Shown: positions 62,988-64,000 of the stretch, piece by piece
Position numbering within the stretch: the first letter of the stretch is position 1
Layout: each line of letters opens with the position of its first letter
From: an uncultured delta proteobacterium
Lineage (GTDB): Bacteria; Desulfobacterota; Syntrophia; Syntrophales; UBA2185
Assembly: GCA_963695875.1 (NCBI GenBank)
Contig: CAVOID010000009.1
Location: 96,001-160,000 of the forward strand
Length of the DNA: 64,000 bases
Direction of reading: 5' to 3'
Made by a program: the position numbers and the translations under genes
Notes under the pieces: generated by a model
Seen by the model: only the letters and a program-made list of their open reading frames with translations
Databases searched by the model: none
What the model was told of the DNA's origin: nothing

Positions 62988-63811
62988 GGTGTCACCTCTT
63001 CAATTACAAGCTCAGGCGACACGAGATCCCGGAGCTTTAATTCAACAAAATGCTTCAGCGTGATATCGGCCGCTTTGCAGGCAGCACAGGCGCCCCGTGT
63101 AGCAACAAGGACGCGATTGCCGATTACATCGATGAGCTCGATATCGCCCCCGTCGTTCTTCAAGGATGGCCTGATTTCACGTTCGATGGTTTCCTCGATC
63201 ATTTTTATCTTCTGAATGTTGGACAGCTTCGGCTTGACGACCGGTGCAGTAGCGCCGGCCCGGACCCTCTCGATAATCTCCCTGATGGCGTCATGACAAC
63301 CTCCGCAGCCGCCGCCGGCCTTGGTGTAGTTCGTCACCTCTTCAACCGTGGCAAGGTTATTCTCCCTGACTGCCTGCTCAATTTCTTGTTCCGTGACGCC
63401 AAAGCACTCGCATATAATCTTCGCTTCCGGTTCTTTTGAAGGGCCGCCCCGATAATATTCTATAGCCTTTTCCAGGGCCTGCTTTCCCATAACGGAACAG
63501 TGCATCTTCTCCTGGGGTAGGCCGCCCAGGTAAGCCGCGATATCCTGGTTTGTCACTTTCATGGCCTCTTCCAGAGACAGCCCCTTAACCATCTCGGTCA
63601 GTGCAGAGGAGGTCGCGATCGCGCTGGCACAGCCAAAGGTTTTGAATTTGACATCTTTGATCTTCTTATTCTCATCTAATTTAAATGAAAGTTTGAGGGC
63701 ATCTCCGCAGGCAATGGAACCTACCTCAGCCACTCCATCCGGATTCTCGACTTCCCCGACGTTACGGGGATTAAGGAAGTGCTCCTTGACTTTATCCGTA
63801 TATTCCCACAT
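62984..63811 (-). CDS. nifU: Fe-S scaffold NifU (IscU + BFD + Nfu domains)
   Basis: MWEYTDKV, CGD, FGCASA, KMHCS, CECFG...CGGC, DGGDIEL..GACAAC. Confidence 0.97.
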   Translation of the reverse strand: MWEYTDKVKEHFLNPRNVGEVENPDGVAEVGSIACGDALKLSFKLDENKKIKDVKFKTFGCASAIATSSALTEMVKGLSLEEAMKVTNQDIAAYLGGLPQEKMHCSVMGKQALEKAIEYYRGGPSKEPEAKIICECFGVTEQEIEQAVRENNLATVEEVTNYTKAGGGCGGCHDAIREIIERVRAGATAPVVKPKLSNIQKIKMIEETIEREIRPSLKNDGGDIELIDVIGNRVLVATRGACAACKAADITLKHFVELKLRDLVSPELVIEEVTP

Positions 63812-63914
63812 AAGCTTGCTCCTTCTATTGTTTTTGGCCGAAAAGAATTATATCCATCTTTGCAAATTATTTCCATTTTTGCAAGAAACTACTGATTTTT
63901 GATGGCGGCAGCAT

Positions 63915-64000
63915 CTACCTCGTTTTTCCGCCGACCATCTTCTCAGGCCTAACCCATTCATCAAATTGTTCACCAGTGACATAACCAAGCGAGACTGCTG
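63915..64000 (-). CDS. fumC: Class II fumarase C-terminus (truncated by window end)
   Basis: Reads AVSLGYVTGEQFDEWVRPEKMVGGKTR*, the typical FumC terminus. Confidence 0.7.
   Translation of the reverse strand, partial: AVSLGYVTGEQFDEWVRPEKMVGGKTR

Noticed and set aside
60830..63811. nifU-nifS-cysE as evidence of nitrogen fixation
   Set aside because: No nifHDK here; NIF-type Fe-S assembly is a known housekeeping system in many anaerobes
63860..63884. TTGCAAA-N11-TTTGCAA inverted repeat upstream of nifU
   Set aside because: Single AT-rich instance with no candidate regulator in the window; could be chance
372..63902. Numerous antisense/overlapping ORFs in the six-frame track
   Set aside because: They are shadows of well-supported genes on the other strand or frame, with no motifs of their own

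Overview
Chromosomal window from an anaerobic deltaproteobacterium; gene content and order suggest Syntrophales/Desulfobacterota (inference). It opens with the end of the dcw cluster (murC-murB-ftsQ-ftsA-ftsZ), a radical SAM gene, xth, ptsP, a Ski2/HelY-like helicase and tRNA-Glu. A long stress/metabolism region follows: nikR, two usp, bfr, a 2-oxoacid:ferredoxin oxidoreductase, wrbA, a PAS kinase with two response regulators, pal, an M16 peptidase, glgP, phosphoribosyltransferase/hydrolase genes, EndoQ, a nickel-uptake operon, cytochrome c biogenesis genes, a CysRS paralog, a glgA-like gene, cysE-nifS-nifU and the end of fumC. The strongest hidden signal is a ~60-bp promoter architecture at 7 promoters (6 palindromic sites): (G)GTAG-N7-CTACCATT-N8-ATTTWATC-N3-ATTG...N17-TANNNT. 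It sits upstream of usp, wrbA, pal, glgP, a secreted SOR-like gene, a SAP-domain gene cluster and glgA, and suggests a DosR-like stress/dormancy regulon, with the local REC-PAS-LuxR protein as candidate activator. Other points: NikR boxes at the Ni operon and at nikR, a CysRS paralog with altered Zn ligands, a switch-like leader inside the oxidoreductase operon, and several MITE/REP-like repeats. About a dozen frameshifts, where traced, are single-base insertions and look like long-read errors.
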